Source: Octopus sinensis (Eukaryota). From it: a stretch of 64,000 nucleotides of DNA. Location of the stretch: contig NC_043021.1 in NCBI RefSeq assembly GCF_006345805.1, positions 21,204,001 to 21,268,000 of the forward strand, read 5' to 3'. The notes beneath the pieces were generated by a model. It was not told where the DNA came from, made no database searches, and saw nothing but the letters and a program-made list of their open reading frames with translations. Made by a program: the position numbers and the translations under genes. Positions 13,077-26,769 of the stretch are shown piece by piece; within the stretch, counting starts at the first letter, position 1, and each line of letters starts with the position of its first letter.

Positions 13077-13868
13077 ATGATATAATGCGATTTGAATGAG
13101 ATTGGTCTGTTATTTTTAACATGTTGAGTAAACATATTGAGACTCTCTTGTTGTTTTATTAACATGAAGTAAAGTATGCTAAATTAGGAAACTGGTGACA
13201 AAGTAGTTCAATTTACTATTTTGATATTGCTCCATACCATTTAATTCCGAAGGATCTTTTCAGATAAAGTGAGAGAAATATAATTTTCTGAGCAACAGTT
13301 TGAGAGAGAGAGAGAGAGAAAGGTAGTGATGATAAGAGAGAAAGTCAGTGAAGGAAAGAAAAACAGACATTTAAAAGAAACAAAATAAAAAAGGACATTA
13401 GTATAATGTTAGTACAAGTCTGCAAATTTTAAATATTGTAGCTTGAAGTTGTAATGTACTAAATCTCTTTTCCAAAATTATTGCATTTGTGTTCCATCAC
13501 CGCAGCAACAGGAGGCGAGAGCGGAGAAGGGAATTTCTCCCAAGCTTAGTATCCAGTTGTTGTCCACCTTGGAATTATAGGTCAATGGTTGGCTTGATTC
13601 TAATTATTGATTATATGGAAGTTGTGAAGAAATTCTAGTGTCTGTTTTTATATATTGGAAAGATCTTTTATGCAACTGGGGAAAAGGAATGAAATAAAAG
13701 AAGAGAATGTGTGTGTGTGTGCGTCTGTATTCAACTTGATAGAAAAAGGAAAAAAAGCAGAAAAATTGGCCTTGTTTAGCACAGATGAAGTGAATTGGTT
13801 GGAATTTACCTTTTTTCTTTTTTTAGTACCATCGCACTTAAGTCGTTTCTGATAATTCAAATGAATTC

Positions 13869-14272
13869 ATAGGCGCAGGAGTGGCTGTGTGGTAAGTAGC
13901 TTGCTTACCAACCACATGGTTCCGGGTTCAGTCCCACTGCGTGGCATCTTGGGCAAGTGTCTTCTGCTATAGCCTCGGGCCGACCAATGCCTTGTGAGTG
14001 GATTTGGTAGACGGAAACTGAAAGAAGCCTGTCATATATATGTATATATATGTGTGTGTATGTCTGTGTTTGTCCCCCTAGCATTGCTTGACAACCGATG
14101 CCGGTGTGTTTACGTCCCCGTCACTTAGCGGTTCGGCAAAAGAGACCGATAGAATAAGTACTAGGCCTCCAAAGAATAAGTCCTGGGGGTCGATTTGCTC
14201 GACTAAAGGCGATGCTCCAGCATGTCCGCAGTCAAATGACTGAAACATGTAAAAGAGTAAAAGAGTAAAGAG
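13869..14272 (+). mobile_element. SINE family A
   Basis: Full-length, starts ataggcgcaggagtggctgtgtgg. Confidence 0.9.
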
Positions 14273-15937
14273 AGGTCCTTGGTAGTGAAAAGGTTGGAAA
14301 TCACTGACTTGGATAATTCCTCATTGGCTTATAATTGAGTCATTTGGTTAGTGGCTTTCTTTCTTTTTTGTATTGATATAAGATACCAGTCAAGTATTGG
14401 GGTCGATGTAATTGACTAACCTTTCCCTTAGGATATGCTGACTTTGTGCCTAAATTATCATTATAGAAATCAGGGAACAACTGATTAAGGTGATCACAGT
14501 ATATTACTGGTACTTATTTTTTATTGATTCTGTATGAAAAGCAAAGTGCACTAGGGTGTGAGTTGACCTAAGGGATTTAAGTAGATAATAACAGTAATAA
14601 TAATGATAATAAATAATAATAATAATAATGATAATAATAACACAATAATAATAATGGTTTCAAATTCTGATACAGAGCCAGCAGTTTTTGAAGGGAAGAG
14701 GAAGTCACTTATATTGACCCCAATGCTCATCATCCTTTAGGGGTTGTTTCATCAACCCCTAAAGGATGATGAAAGGCAAGCTTGACCTTGGTAGCATTTG
14801 AATTCAGAACTTACAGAACCAGAGGAAATATCACTAGGCATTTTATCAGATGCACTGATGATTTTGTCAACACATTGCATTAATAATAATAATAATAATG
14901 ATGATGATGTGATGACACACAACAATGATGATGATGATGATGATGATAAATATCTAATTTTCTTGACTGAATTAAATTTATTGCTGAATATCTATAAACT
15001 CTGATAAGTAAAATGAAACAAAAAAATAAAAAGGAAAAACTTATAGTATATTGTTTCCTGTCAAATATGTTGTGTTCTTTATAGAAATAGATAGAAATTT
15101 ATTAAAAAAATCAAAAAAAGAAAATCATGTTTATTCTTTGATAGATGCAGTCAATTCCATTACATGATACTGAGAGAGCTTCATCTGCAGGATTTCTTCT
15201 AAAGGGGGAAGAGAAATATATATGTTAAGAAACGCTTGCACACAGATATTTCAAGTAGAGAAATTCAATGTTTTATACTTAATGCTTTTAAGTTTCTTAC
15301 TGCAAGCAGATTTTTGGGCTTCAATCTTTCTTGGAATGTATATTTATATTACAAAAAAAAAAAAACCCTACACATTCTACTACCTCAGTATTGAGTTTCT
15401 CTCTCAAATAATAATAATAATAATTATGCATGTATGTGCACACACACACACACATGTGTACCAATGTGCACAGTGGTATGCACACTAGTGTACATATTTT
15501 CTGCATACAGACATGCATTTACATATACATACACACATATACACAAACACAAAACATGCACCAATGTGTATATTGGAATGCACATTTGTATACATATTCT
15601 ATTTGTGTATTTGTGTGCATTTGCATATTCATGTGCATTTGTATAATACATTTTCTGCACACACACACACCTGCACACATACTCACACACTCATATGCAT
15701 ATACACATAGTCATTTTAGCAAAATTATAGCCCTCCCACCCCTACCAAGTAAATCAATGCACTAGGTCCAATAAATTTATTTACTGAGAACAAGCCGCAT
15801 ACATATATTAGAATTGGGCCACTAGACTCATGTGGATCCTGGGTAATTACCCAGGGTGCCCACATCTGAAGATGACACGCTGTGTATGTGTATATATTAT
15901 ACATCTGTGTTGTGTATATTATATATATATATATATA

Positions 15938-15968
<31 letters not shown>

Positions 15969-16104
15969 TTATATTCCCAACTGACACGCATTTTCTTGAT
16001 ATTTGTTGAAGTCCTGATTACTGGTGTTAACTTTACTCAATCAAGTGACCCAGATTAATATCATCTGTCTTCTAGGCTGACATGGTTTAAACAGTTCAAT
16101 AGGA

Positions 16105-16333
16105 AGCCTGTTGTATATATGTATATATATGTGTGTCTGTGTTTGTTCCCTTAGCATTGCTTGACAACCAATGCTGGTGTGTTTATGTCCCCGTTACTTA
16201 GCGGTTCCGCAAAAGAGACCGATAGAATAAGTACTGGGCTTACAAAAGAATAAGTCCCGGGGTCGAGTTGCTCGATTATAGGCAGTGCTCCAGCATGGCC
16301 ACAGTCAAATGACTGAAACAAGTAAAAGAGTAA
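16105..16333 (+). mobile_element. SINE family A, 3' half
   Basis: From aagcctgttgtata through the tail. Confidence 0.85.
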
Positions 16334-16634
16334 AGGAGCTGATGAATCAAAGAACATCTGTCTTCTCTGACAAGGCTTCTTCTATCTGCATTCACATTCT
16401 AACACTAACCACTAACACCGTAAAAAAATGGCCCCAGTACAGAGTGTACTGGGTGCTTGTTTTTTTTTTTTTGTGGCACTAGTACTAACAAAGTCACTAT
16501 GTAACTAATATGGCCAAAGAGGCTCCTTCACTGAGTGGAAGTTATTGCAGAGAGAAAGATGGCTTTGTGCTTGGTATTGAGACGTTTAAAGTAAGGTTGA
16601 TGTAGACAGTATGATAGACCATAGTTTCAAGAAT

Positions 16635-16856
16635 CTCTTTACTCTTTTACTTGTTTCAGTCATTTAACTGCGGCCATGCTGGAGCACCGCCTTTAGTCGA
16701 GCAAATCGACTCTGGGACTTATTCTTTGTAAGCCCAGTACTTATTCTATCGATCTCTTTTGCCGAACCGCTAAGTGACAGGGACGTAAACACACCAGCAT
16801 CGGTTGTCAAGCAATGCTAGGGGGACAAACACAGACACACAAACACACATACATAC

Positions 16857-16920
<64 letters not shown>

Positions 16921-17085
16921 GACAGGCTTCTTTCAGTTTCCGTCTACCAAATCCACTCACAAGGCATTGGTCAGACTGGGGCTATAGCAGAAGACACTTG
17001 CCCAAGATGCCACGCAGTGGGACTGAACCCAGAACCATGTGGTTGGTTAGAAAGCTACTTACCACACAGCCACTCCTGCGCCTAT
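16635..17085 (-). mobile_element. SINE family A
   Basis: Full-length reverse copy. Confidence 0.9.
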
Positions 17086-17146
17086 AAGAAATTAATTTTT
17101 AAAAAATTTATATCCCAGCAAAATTGCTGACCCTGAACTAAAATTT

Positions 17147-17190
<44 letters not shown>

Positions 17191-17411
17191 AACACACACA
17201 CAAAACAAAAAAGAAAATTCTCATGCAACTATTCCAAACTTCAAGCAGAATATTGCTGGTGCAAAACCACAAGTTAAATAAATCTAGTGAAAACCCTTCT
17301 GCTAACAACTATAATTATAGTAGCAATAATTTCTCACTCAACAATAGCTGTTTAACTAAGGACATAGTCTATAAATGCATAAATGTTCTGTTGACACTCA
17401 CCATTCATCCA

Positions 17412-17448
<37 letters not shown>

Positions 17449-17774
17449 CACACTCATACACATATAAAATGCTCTATGTGGTCAAAACCTCATTAACTAT
17501 TGTTGTGTACGTGTTTTCCTCCTTTTAACTAAGTATTGTGTGATTTGGGGAGATTTGGTTGCTACATCTAGCAGGCTATAAAACTGTTTGGGGCAAAGGT
17601 TCCTAACCTGGGGTTTACAGAACTTTGAGTGTTCACAGGAGTAAGTATTAAGGATCTTTGAGTTGTGTTCAAAATTTTTAAGGGCTTCACTGTGAAAATG
17701 TATAAATTACTCAGTTATGCATACCTATTTCTTTCAACTGAGAGATGAAACTGAGAAAATGAGCTTGTCGTTAT

Positions 17775-18133
17775 TCGTTTATTTGTTTCTGTCATTTGAC
17801 TGCCACCATGCTGGAGCACTGCCTTTAGTCCAACAAATCAACTCCAGGACTTATTCTTTGTAAGCTTAGCACTTACTCTATTGGTCTCTTTTGCTGAACC
17901 CCTAAGTTACAGGGATATAAACACACCAGCATCAGTTGTCAAGCGATGGTGGAAGGGGACACACACACACACACACGACATGCTTCTTTCAGTTTCCGTG
18001 TACCAAATCCACTCACAAGGCTTTGGTTGGCCTGAGGCTATAGTGGAAGACACTTACCTTAGGTGCCATGCAGTGGGACTAATCCTGGAACCATGTGGTT
18101 GGTAAGCAAGCTACTTACCACACAACCACTCCA
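17775..18133 (-). mobile_element. SINE family A, diverged
   Basis: Reverse copy with substitutions. Confidence 0.8.
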
Positions 18134-18544
18134 CTCCTAGACTGACTTTTCAAAACCTTTGGGTTCATCTATCCATCTGTCCATCTTCTCTGTCCTCTAT
18201 TTCTGGGAGGATTATTGGGTTAGATTCCTCAGGCATCTCCTTAGTAGTGTTCTATCAAAAGCAACATCACTACACTTTCAGGCTGGATTTCCAACTGATA
18301 CAATTAATATTATCCAGCCATTCTTGGTCTACCCATAGCCTTCTTGTTAGCCCACCTTGAAGAGTCCATTTTGCAATTCTTTCCTGCAACGCTCTAATCA
18401 CATGTCCGTAGTACTTGAGCTATGACCTCTAAATGCAAAGAAGTGGCAGCTCAACTGGAGAGTCTCTCTGAGCTAAGCACCATGTCAAATAATGTTACTC
18501 TAAAAATCCTTGATGTCTGTAGAAAAAAAAAAAAGTTTAAATAG

Positions 18545-18944
18545 ATAGGCGCAGGAGTGGCTGTGTGGTAAGTAGCTTTGCTAACCAACCACATGGTTCC
18601 GGGTTCAGTCGAACTGCATGGGATCTTGAGCAAGTGTCTTCTGCTATAGCCCCAGGCTGACCAATGCCTTGTGAGTGGATTTGGTAGACGGAAACTGAAA
18701 GAAGCCTGTCGTATATATATGTATATATATGTATGTGTGTTTGTTTGTGTGTCCCCCTAGCATTGCTTGACAACCGATGCTGGTGTGTTTATGTCCCTGT
18801 TACTTAGCGGTTTGGCAAAAGAGACCGATAGAATAAGTACTGGGCTTACAAAAAGAATAAGTCCCGGGGTCGAGTTGCTCGATTAAAGGCGTTGCTCCAG
18901 CATGGCCGCAGTCAAATAACTGAAACAAGTAAAAGAGTAAAGAG
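18545..18944 (+). mobile_element. SINE family A
   Basis: Full-length; gagttgctcgatt variant. Confidence 0.9.
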
Positions 18945-19279
18945 AGGTCCTTGGTAGTGAAAAGGTTGGAAATCACTGACGTGGAGAATTCCTCGTTGGC
19001 TTATAATTGAGTCATTTGGTTAGTGGCAGTGATGAACATTCAGCTGTAAAAGTAATTTCTGTAACAAAAGCAAATCCTATCAACATGTCAGCATGGAAAA
19101 TTGGATGTACAACGAGCTTTCTGATAGCAGAAATAAAATTGAGATTTTATGAAATTCTTTAATAGATGCAACTGACACTAGCTGTGTGTGTTTTTGTTCA
19201 TTCAGAATACATCAACGATATTGCGTTTGTCTTGGATATAATATTTAACTCTAGGTAATTACGTGTGTACGAAGTGTGT

Positions 19280-19529
19280 TTTGTATGTATATGTTTGTGT
19301 GTGTGTGTGTGTGTGTGAATTAATATATGTACATATATGTATGTGTGCATGAATGTGTATAGGAGTATATGTATATATTTTTATGTGTATTCATATGTGT
19401 GTGTATGTAGATAAAAACAAAATGAGAAAGATTAAAAGATATAGTAGGAAACAAATAAATGTATATTTATATATATATATATGTGTGTGTGTGTATGTGT
19501 GTATATATGTATGTTTGTGTGTGTATATA

Positions 19530-19582
<53 letters not shown>

Positions 19583-19615
19583 TATATATATATGTGTGTG
19601 TGTGTGGTATATATA

Positions 19616-19647
<32 letters not shown>

Positions 19648-19860
19648 CATGTGTGTGTGTATATATATATATATACATGTGTGTGTGTATATATATATGT
19701 GTTATATGTGTGTGTGTGTATATATATGTGTGTGTGTATATATATATATATATTATGCAGATATATATGTATATATGTACATATATGTTTATAGATATAT
19801 GTATCTATATTCGTGTGTGCGTGTGCACACTCACACACACATATATATCGTGTGTATGTA
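19280..19860. repeat. Compound (TG)n/(TA)n microsatellite
   Basis: Alternating TG and TA runs; source of the spurious CVYI-rich ORFs. Confidence 0.95.
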
Positions 19861-20252
19861 TCTACTCATTTTACAAATTATTAAAAAAAAATCAAGTGAG
19901 AGAGATAATAGAAAAAGAGTAAGAGAAAAATCGAAGAAGAAAAATGAAATAATAATTAGATAAAACATAAAATATATTTTAAGTAACTGAAATGGAATGG
20001 TGTTGAATCTCCCACCACCACACACCATAACAAAAAAATAAATTTTAGTTCATTAATATTTTTATATTAATTTGGAAAAATTAAAGCAAAACAACAGAAA
20101 AAAAAAAAACCTTGAAATTGTTATTTATCTAGCTGTCCAATTTTCTTGTCAGCGTAACAAATGGAAAGCAAATTTGTTTTCAGAATAAATTTATTCATTA
20201 AAACAGCTTGTTGTATATAAGTTTAAAGAGTTATTACATTGGATTATTATAA

Positions 20253-20292
<40 letters not shown>

Positions 20293-20591
20293 GCACACAT
20301 GCACACCAAGACATAAATATATAGATATCTAGCATTGGTCTACACAGGTGTGTGAGGTTTACATGTATATATGTTGATGTGTGTGTATGTATATATCTAT
20401 CTATCTATATATATGAAAGAAAATGGGATGACAAGAAATAAGCAATTATCTTATGAACTTCATTTGCCTTACAGCTGTTTCTGATATAGGATCCAGTGGA
20501 CTTGTAGTTGAGTGCCTGAATAGCACTTTATAACTTCACTGGAGTTTCAAAAATATGAACTGCATATATATATGAACTGCATATATATATG

Positions 20592-20651
<60 letters not shown>

Positions 20652-21194
20652 CACACACGAAGGGGTGCTGAAAAGTTCTTGGCTTTGGATAAAAAAAAAT
20701 AAAAGAGGATCAGTTAATTTTGATTTTATTCAACATATTTCCCTCCAAGATTCACACACTTATTGCAGCAATGCTTCAGCAACCCCTTGTACATACATAC
20801 ATATAAAAAAAAAATATATATATATGTAAATATTTCTCTCTCTCCCCATCCATCCATCTATCTATCTATCTATCTATGCATGGCTATGTTGTTTAGGTGT
20901 CAGTGTATATCTGTCTATCAGTACATACATGACTGTGTTGTTGAGAAGCTTGCTTCTTACCCATGTGGTCTCTGGTTCAGTTCCACTATGCAAAATCTTA
21001 AGCAAGTGTCTTCTACTATAGCCCTGGTGTGACCAAAGTGCCTCTAGTCTTCCATGGGAAATATGTTTAGCTATGAAAAATATCACCTTGTTTGGAAACT
21101 AATGAGGATTGGTGACAAGAAAGAATCTAGCTATAGAAAATCTGCCTAACCAAATTCTGTCTCACTTATGCAAGCATGCAGACAATAGATGTTA

Positions 21195-21715
21195 AATAAT
21201 AATAATAATAATGAAATTATTGCATACAGTGCTCAGGTGCACCATAACTTGTCAGAGTATATGCAGTAATGTACAAATGTCTGGAAAGCAAACAATGCAT
21301 GAGTCAGATACAAGCTTGTGAGTGTATGGAGGGGAGAAAATCAGGTGTAGTGTTGGCGAATCTCAGAAAGCATGGAAGTTTTGAAGGATGCAGTGCTCCG
21401 ACAACTAACAACTGATGCTGGCAGTTTGTTCCATGCTTCAGCAACTCTCAGCGTGAAAAAATGTTTCCTGAAGTCATGGGAGCGGTGCTGTTTTCTGACT
21501 TTGTAAATATGTCCACGGGTGTTAGACGGGTGGAGTTTGAAAAGGTGCTCAGAGTTATTGTTTGTATGATGGTTGTTAATTTTATGGGTGTCTGCCAAGT
21601 CAGCTGCCAGATGTCGGAGTTTCAATGTGTCCATGCCCAGGGAAGTAAGGCGTTCAGGATATGGCAAATGCCTGATGGAGGGTATTCTTTTGGTTGCATG
21701 TCGCTGAACGACTTG
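21195..21715 (-). mobile_element. CR1-like LINE 3' end
   Basis: ORF 21341-21667 YPERLTSLGMDTLKLR...TRGHIYK...FFTLRVAEAWNKLP; (TAT)n tail. Confidence 0.85.
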
Positions 21716-22739
21716 ATAATGATGATAATGATTTGTATTTATGCATATATGTGCTTGTGTGTATGGATATATATATCTATATCATGAAGATCATCATATC
21801 ATTTTGTTTGATTGCCATGCTATCATATGTAGGATAGGTTAAAGCACTTCCAAGTGTGACCCTGTCATTTCTGTCTGTTTTATTCTACAGCTGGATGTAT
21901 TTCATAGCAGTAATCTCCCTACAGAATTTACTAAGTGCAGTTAATTATGACCCCAGTACTAGAGTAGTCATCACATCCTCAACATTATAGGGCTAAATTC
22001 TGTATTGAGAATTCTTCTCAATCCATTGTTGTTTCTGCTCTTTTACTAACCACTTTATAGAGGGCACTGTGTGTGTGTGTGTTTTATTGTGGTTTCAGCA
22101 TTTGTGAGATTGCCTCGTATGCTGCAAGACAAACAGGTGGTGTTGGTGGGTCTCACTACTGTATATTATCTCTGGTTGAGGCAACATCTATAATAATAAA
22201 TGCAAAATTCTGTCTGTCCGTCCATCCAAGAACCTGTATCTCAGTCTACATAGTCCATGTTGCTCCACATAGACATATTATACCTTTCTGGAATCAGGAC
22301 GATTCCAGGATTGAAAATCTGCCCTTCATTTGGTTCTTGAACATCCAGCATTGGGATCAGATCTGGATGAGGATTTGTTATAAGCTAACAGTTGAAAAAT
22401 TCAAATTTTAAAAGAACTTCAAAAATTTGTGGACTTAAATGTTTTTCATTTAAACTAAATTTAAAGTAATACCATATTGGTAGGGTACCAATAAATGCTT
22501 TATTGTTATTGCTCTCTTTAGTTTTGGTTCGCAGGCCCAATTAGCCCCTCCACAAGAGCTAACCTAAAACTCTGCATGGAGTGTAACCAACAAAATAGCC
22601 AGATTACAGGGTGAGATGATATATGTGTTTCTGTGTGTATTAAACATGCCTGCATCAGCTGAAAGAATGACAGCAAGTATTGAATAAATCACCGTTAAGA
22701 AACTTGGAGTTCTGAATATAAATGTTTCATGGTTCATTT

Positions 22740-22918
22740 AGTATATATATATATTATATATATATATATATGTATATGTATGTATATGTATATGTATGTG
22801 TATGTATATGTATATGTATGTATATGTATGTATATGTATATGTATGTATATGTATGTATATGTATGTATATGTATGTATATGTATGTATATGTATGTATA
22901 TGTATATGTATGTATATG

Positions 22919-22949
<31 letters not shown>

Positions 22950-23002
22950 GTATATATATATATGTATATATATATATGTATATATATATATATTATATAT
23001 AT
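22740..23002. repeat. (TATG/TA)n compound microsatellite
   Basis: Direct inspection. Confidence 0.95.
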
Positions 23003-23003
23003 A

Positions 23004-23181
23004 CTCTTTTACTCTTTTACTTGTTTCAGTCATTTGACTGCGGCCATGATGGAGCACCGCCTTTAGTTGAGCAAATCGACTCCAGGTCTTTTTTGCTGAA
23101 CTGCTAAGTTACGGGGACGTAAACACACCAGCATCGATTGTCAAGCGATGTTGGGGGCCAAACACAGACACGCAAACATAT

Positions 23182-23224
<43 letters not shown>

Positions 23225-23390
23225 CGACGGGCTTCTTTCAGTTTCCGTCTACCAAATCCACTCACAAGGGTTTGGTCGGCCTGAGGCTATAGCAGAGGAC
23301 ACTTGCCCAAGATGCCACGCAGTGGGACTGAACCCGGAACCATGTGGTTGGTAGGTAAGCTACTTACCACGCAGCCACTCCTGCACCTAT
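23004..23390 (-). mobile_element. SINE family A (internal deletion)
   Basis: Reverse copy lacking the ttattctttgtaagcccagtac segment. Confidence 0.85.
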
Positions 23391-24628
23391 ATATATATAT
23401 GTATATATATACATATTGAATGTAAAAACGAATTGGAGACAAACAGAAGGTCTGTAATTCTTCAGTTATTGACCAATTGGTAATATTCAGATTTGCACTG
23501 ACGATAGCTGACAAAGAATTACAGACCTTCTGTGTGTCTTCCATTCGTTCTAACATTCAGTATACATTATGTCGTTTGTTTATTTACCATGCATTTTTTC
23601 ATTTATTAAGTAATGGAACACAACACACACCAAATTTATATATATATCATTGCTATTATGTTAAACTGTTACATGTCCAAATTTGGCCAAATGTGTTTGT
23701 TTCAATATTTATTTTTGCTTGCAATAGCCAGTTCTTTTGGCCAAACTATTGTATCTCCAGCTGCTTCAGATGCAAAGATATCAAAAATTGTCAAAGTGGA
23801 GTACAGCAGTTTTGCTATTGAATGGTGAAACTATTTTTTTGTTTTCTGAAAAAGCAACGTTTTGGACTTACAAAACTTTTGCATCAAAGAACCCCTCAAA
23901 TGTAGGATTTCCTTGACTACTAATGGCAAGTTCCTTTTCGCTGCTGAGTTCTCAAGTTTACAGGTGTATGCTGAGAGTAGCTTCATATAAACAAGCCATT
24001 CTCATCACTTTTTGACAAATTCATTCAAGGGAAGCACCTTTGTCTCCACTCTCATCTATCTTTACATTTTCACCTTCCTTTCCTACCTGACCTTCTTCTC
24101 CATCCTCACTTTCCTTTCCAAGAAGAACCTAAAGAACCAATGAAGGCTTGACCAAAGATGAAAGTGTCTGTTTTTACCTTTCAACCTTGCCTGTCATGAA
24201 ATCTTTTTCTTTATGGCCATCAAATAAGAAAACTGACTGATTTTCTCTCAGCCAAATGAAGGCATTGAGACAATCTTCAGAATGGGACTTGGCTGATTGT
24301 TAGATATGTCCTGTATGCAACAACAGCTGTTTGATGTAATTCCACAAGTCAGCAATTACACATAGTATATATTACAACGATAATAGATTATCCTTATTTT
24401 CAGCTAAGATTCCACTGAGGTCAACTTTGCCTTTCATCCTTTTGAGGTTGATGTAATAAGTACCAGTTGAGTACTGAGGTCGATGTAATTGACTAGCTCC
24501 TTCCTCCAAAATTTCAGGTCTTGTGCCTATAGCAGAAAAGATTATTGTTATTAGTTTAGGTGACAAGCTGGCAAAATCATTAACATGTTGGGCAAAATGC
24601 TTAGTGAAATTTCTTCTGCTTCTTTACC

Positions 24629-24857
24629 TATTTCTTTATTACCCACAAGGGGCTAAACACAGAGGGGACAAACAAGGACAGACATAGGTATTAAGTCAAT
24701 TACATTGACCCCAGTGCGTAACTGGTACTTAATTTATCGACCCCGAAAGGATGAAAGGCAAAGTCGACCTCAGCGGAATTCGAACTCACAACGTAACGCA
24801 GACGAAATACCGCTAAGCATTTCGCCCGGCATACTTACGTTTCTGCCAGCTCGCCTT
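24629..24857 (-). mobile_element. SINE family C with ~15-bp TSD
   Basis: TSD ttctgcttctttacc at 24614-24628 and 24856-24870; nested in an older related repeat. Confidence 0.85.
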
Positions 24858-25249
24858 CTGCTTCTTTACCATTTGGGTTTGAATTCTGCCAAGGTCGACT
24901 TTACCTTTCGTTCTTTTTGGGTTGATAAAGTATGTACCAGCTGAGCAGTGGGATCGATGTAATTGACTTAGCCACTCCACCAAAATTCTTAGCCTTGTGC
25001 TAAAGCTTGACGCCATTATTATTGCTAGTTGTGTGAATTTCTTTCAGTACTTCAGTTTATCATCATCATCATCGTTTAACGTCCGCTTCCCATGCTAGCA
25101 TGGGTTGGACGGTTCGACCGGGGATCTGGAAAGCCAGAAGGCTGCACCAGGCTCCAGTCTGATCTGGCAGTGTTTCTACAGCTGGATGCCCTTCCTAACG
25201 CCATACCCTTCCTAACGCCAAATATATATATACAATTATTCTTCACCGT

Positions 25250-25582
25250 GAAGGTGCATAGCTCAGTGGTTAGAGCATCGAGCTTATGATCGTGAGGTTG
25301 TGAGTTCGATCCTGGACCGGGCTGCACGTTGTGTTCTTGAGCAAGACACTTTATTTCATGTTGCTCCAGTTAAAACTCAGCTGTAGAAATGAGTTGTGAC
25401 ATCACTGGTGCCAAGCTATCGGCCTTTGCTTTTCCCTTGGATAACATCAGTGGTGTGGAGAGGGGATACTGGTATGCATGGGTGACTGCTGGCCTTCCAC
25501 AAACAACCTTGCCCGGACTTGTTCCTTGGAGGGTAACTTTCTAGGTGCAATCCCATGGTTATTCATGGTCAAAGGGGGTCTC
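25250..25582 (+). mobile_element. tRNA-derived SINE family E
   Basis: Head gctcagtggttagagcatcgagc with gagttcgatcc B-box; second copy at 28987-29320. Confidence 0.85.
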
Positions 25583-25720
25583 CTATTCTTTACCATATTG
25601 CAGTTCACCTATGACAGTTTATTATTTAAGCCTTTGTTGATTCCTCCATGGTGTTGTTTTGCATTTATGATAAAATTAATATATACAGATTATAGAAATA
25701 ATAAAAAAAAAATACACAGT

Positions 25721-25884
25721 ATAGGCGCAGGAGTGGCTGTGTGGTAAGTAGCTTGCTAACCAACCACATGGTTCCGGGTTCAGTCCCACTGCATGGCATC
25801 TTGGGCAAGTGTCTTCTACTATAGCCTCGGGCTGACCAAAGCCTTGTGAGTGGATTTGGTAGATGGAAACTGAAAGAAGCCTGT

Positions 25885-25917
<33 letters not shown>

Positions 25918-26120
25918 GTTTGTGTGTCTGTGTTTGTCCCTCTAGCATCGCTTGACAACCGATGCTGGTGTGTTTACGTCCCCGTCACTTAGAGGTTCGG
26001 CAAAAGAGACCGATAGAATAAGTACTGGGCTTACAAAGAATGAGTCCCGTGGTCGATTTGCTCGACTAAAGGCGGTGCTCCAGCATGGCCGCAGTCAAAT
26101 GACTGAAACAAGTAAAAGAG
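25721..26120 (+). mobile_element. SINE family A
   Basis: Full-length copy. Confidence 0.9.
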
Positions 26121-26542
26121 AGAGAGAGAGAGTACAGTACTGTTTCTACTTCATGGATTTTCACCTATCACGGTGAGGTTTGGGAACATAACCCTTGCAA
26201 CAGTTGAAGGATTACTGTACTTATATTCTTTTTTTAGTTTCAGTGAATGGACTGAGGCTATATTTGGGCAGTGAGATTGAGTGTTTTTATCAATGATATA
26301 GACCCTTGTACTTTATATGACATTCATTTTATTAATCTCTATTACGTGAATGGCTATGTTCTCCTAAGTTACGTCCCTTCCTAAAGTTACCTTAACTTTA
26401 CTGATTTAGATACTGACTGGTATTTTACTGCAGTATATTAAAACAAATGTGCATACACATATATGTGGTATAGCTGTGTCGTTGGGAAGTTTGCTTTGCA
26501 ACCATATGATTATTGGTTCTATCACACGGCACTAAAATGTCT

Positions 26543-26579
<37 letters not shown>

Positions 26580-26726
26580 TTTAAAATTTAATAAGGGTAG
26601 AAATTGATATTAATCAATTAAAACCAGTGGCCCAGCATATTAAAAAAATCCGAAGATTAAAATATTTTTACATAGAAAATTTAAAGGACTGACCACTAAA
26701 AGTGGACGGTCAACATGCTAGATATA

Positions 26727-26730
<4 letters not shown>
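26580..26730 (-). mobile_element. Terminal fragment of the element family at 47262-47832
   Basis: Shares aagggtagaaattgatatt...ccgaagatt and aaggactga...catgctagatatagacg with the 47 kb element. Confidence 0.8.

Positions 26731-26769
<39 letters not shown>

Noticed and set aside
19353-19963. Long ORFs of CVYI/HT composition (also at 22.7, 31.4, 43.3, 55.8 and 59.9 kb)
   Set aside because: They are translations of TA/TG/CA microsatellites that lack stop codons
23700-24360. Possible degraded transposase on the minus strand
   Set aside because: No recognisable motif recovered in manual translation
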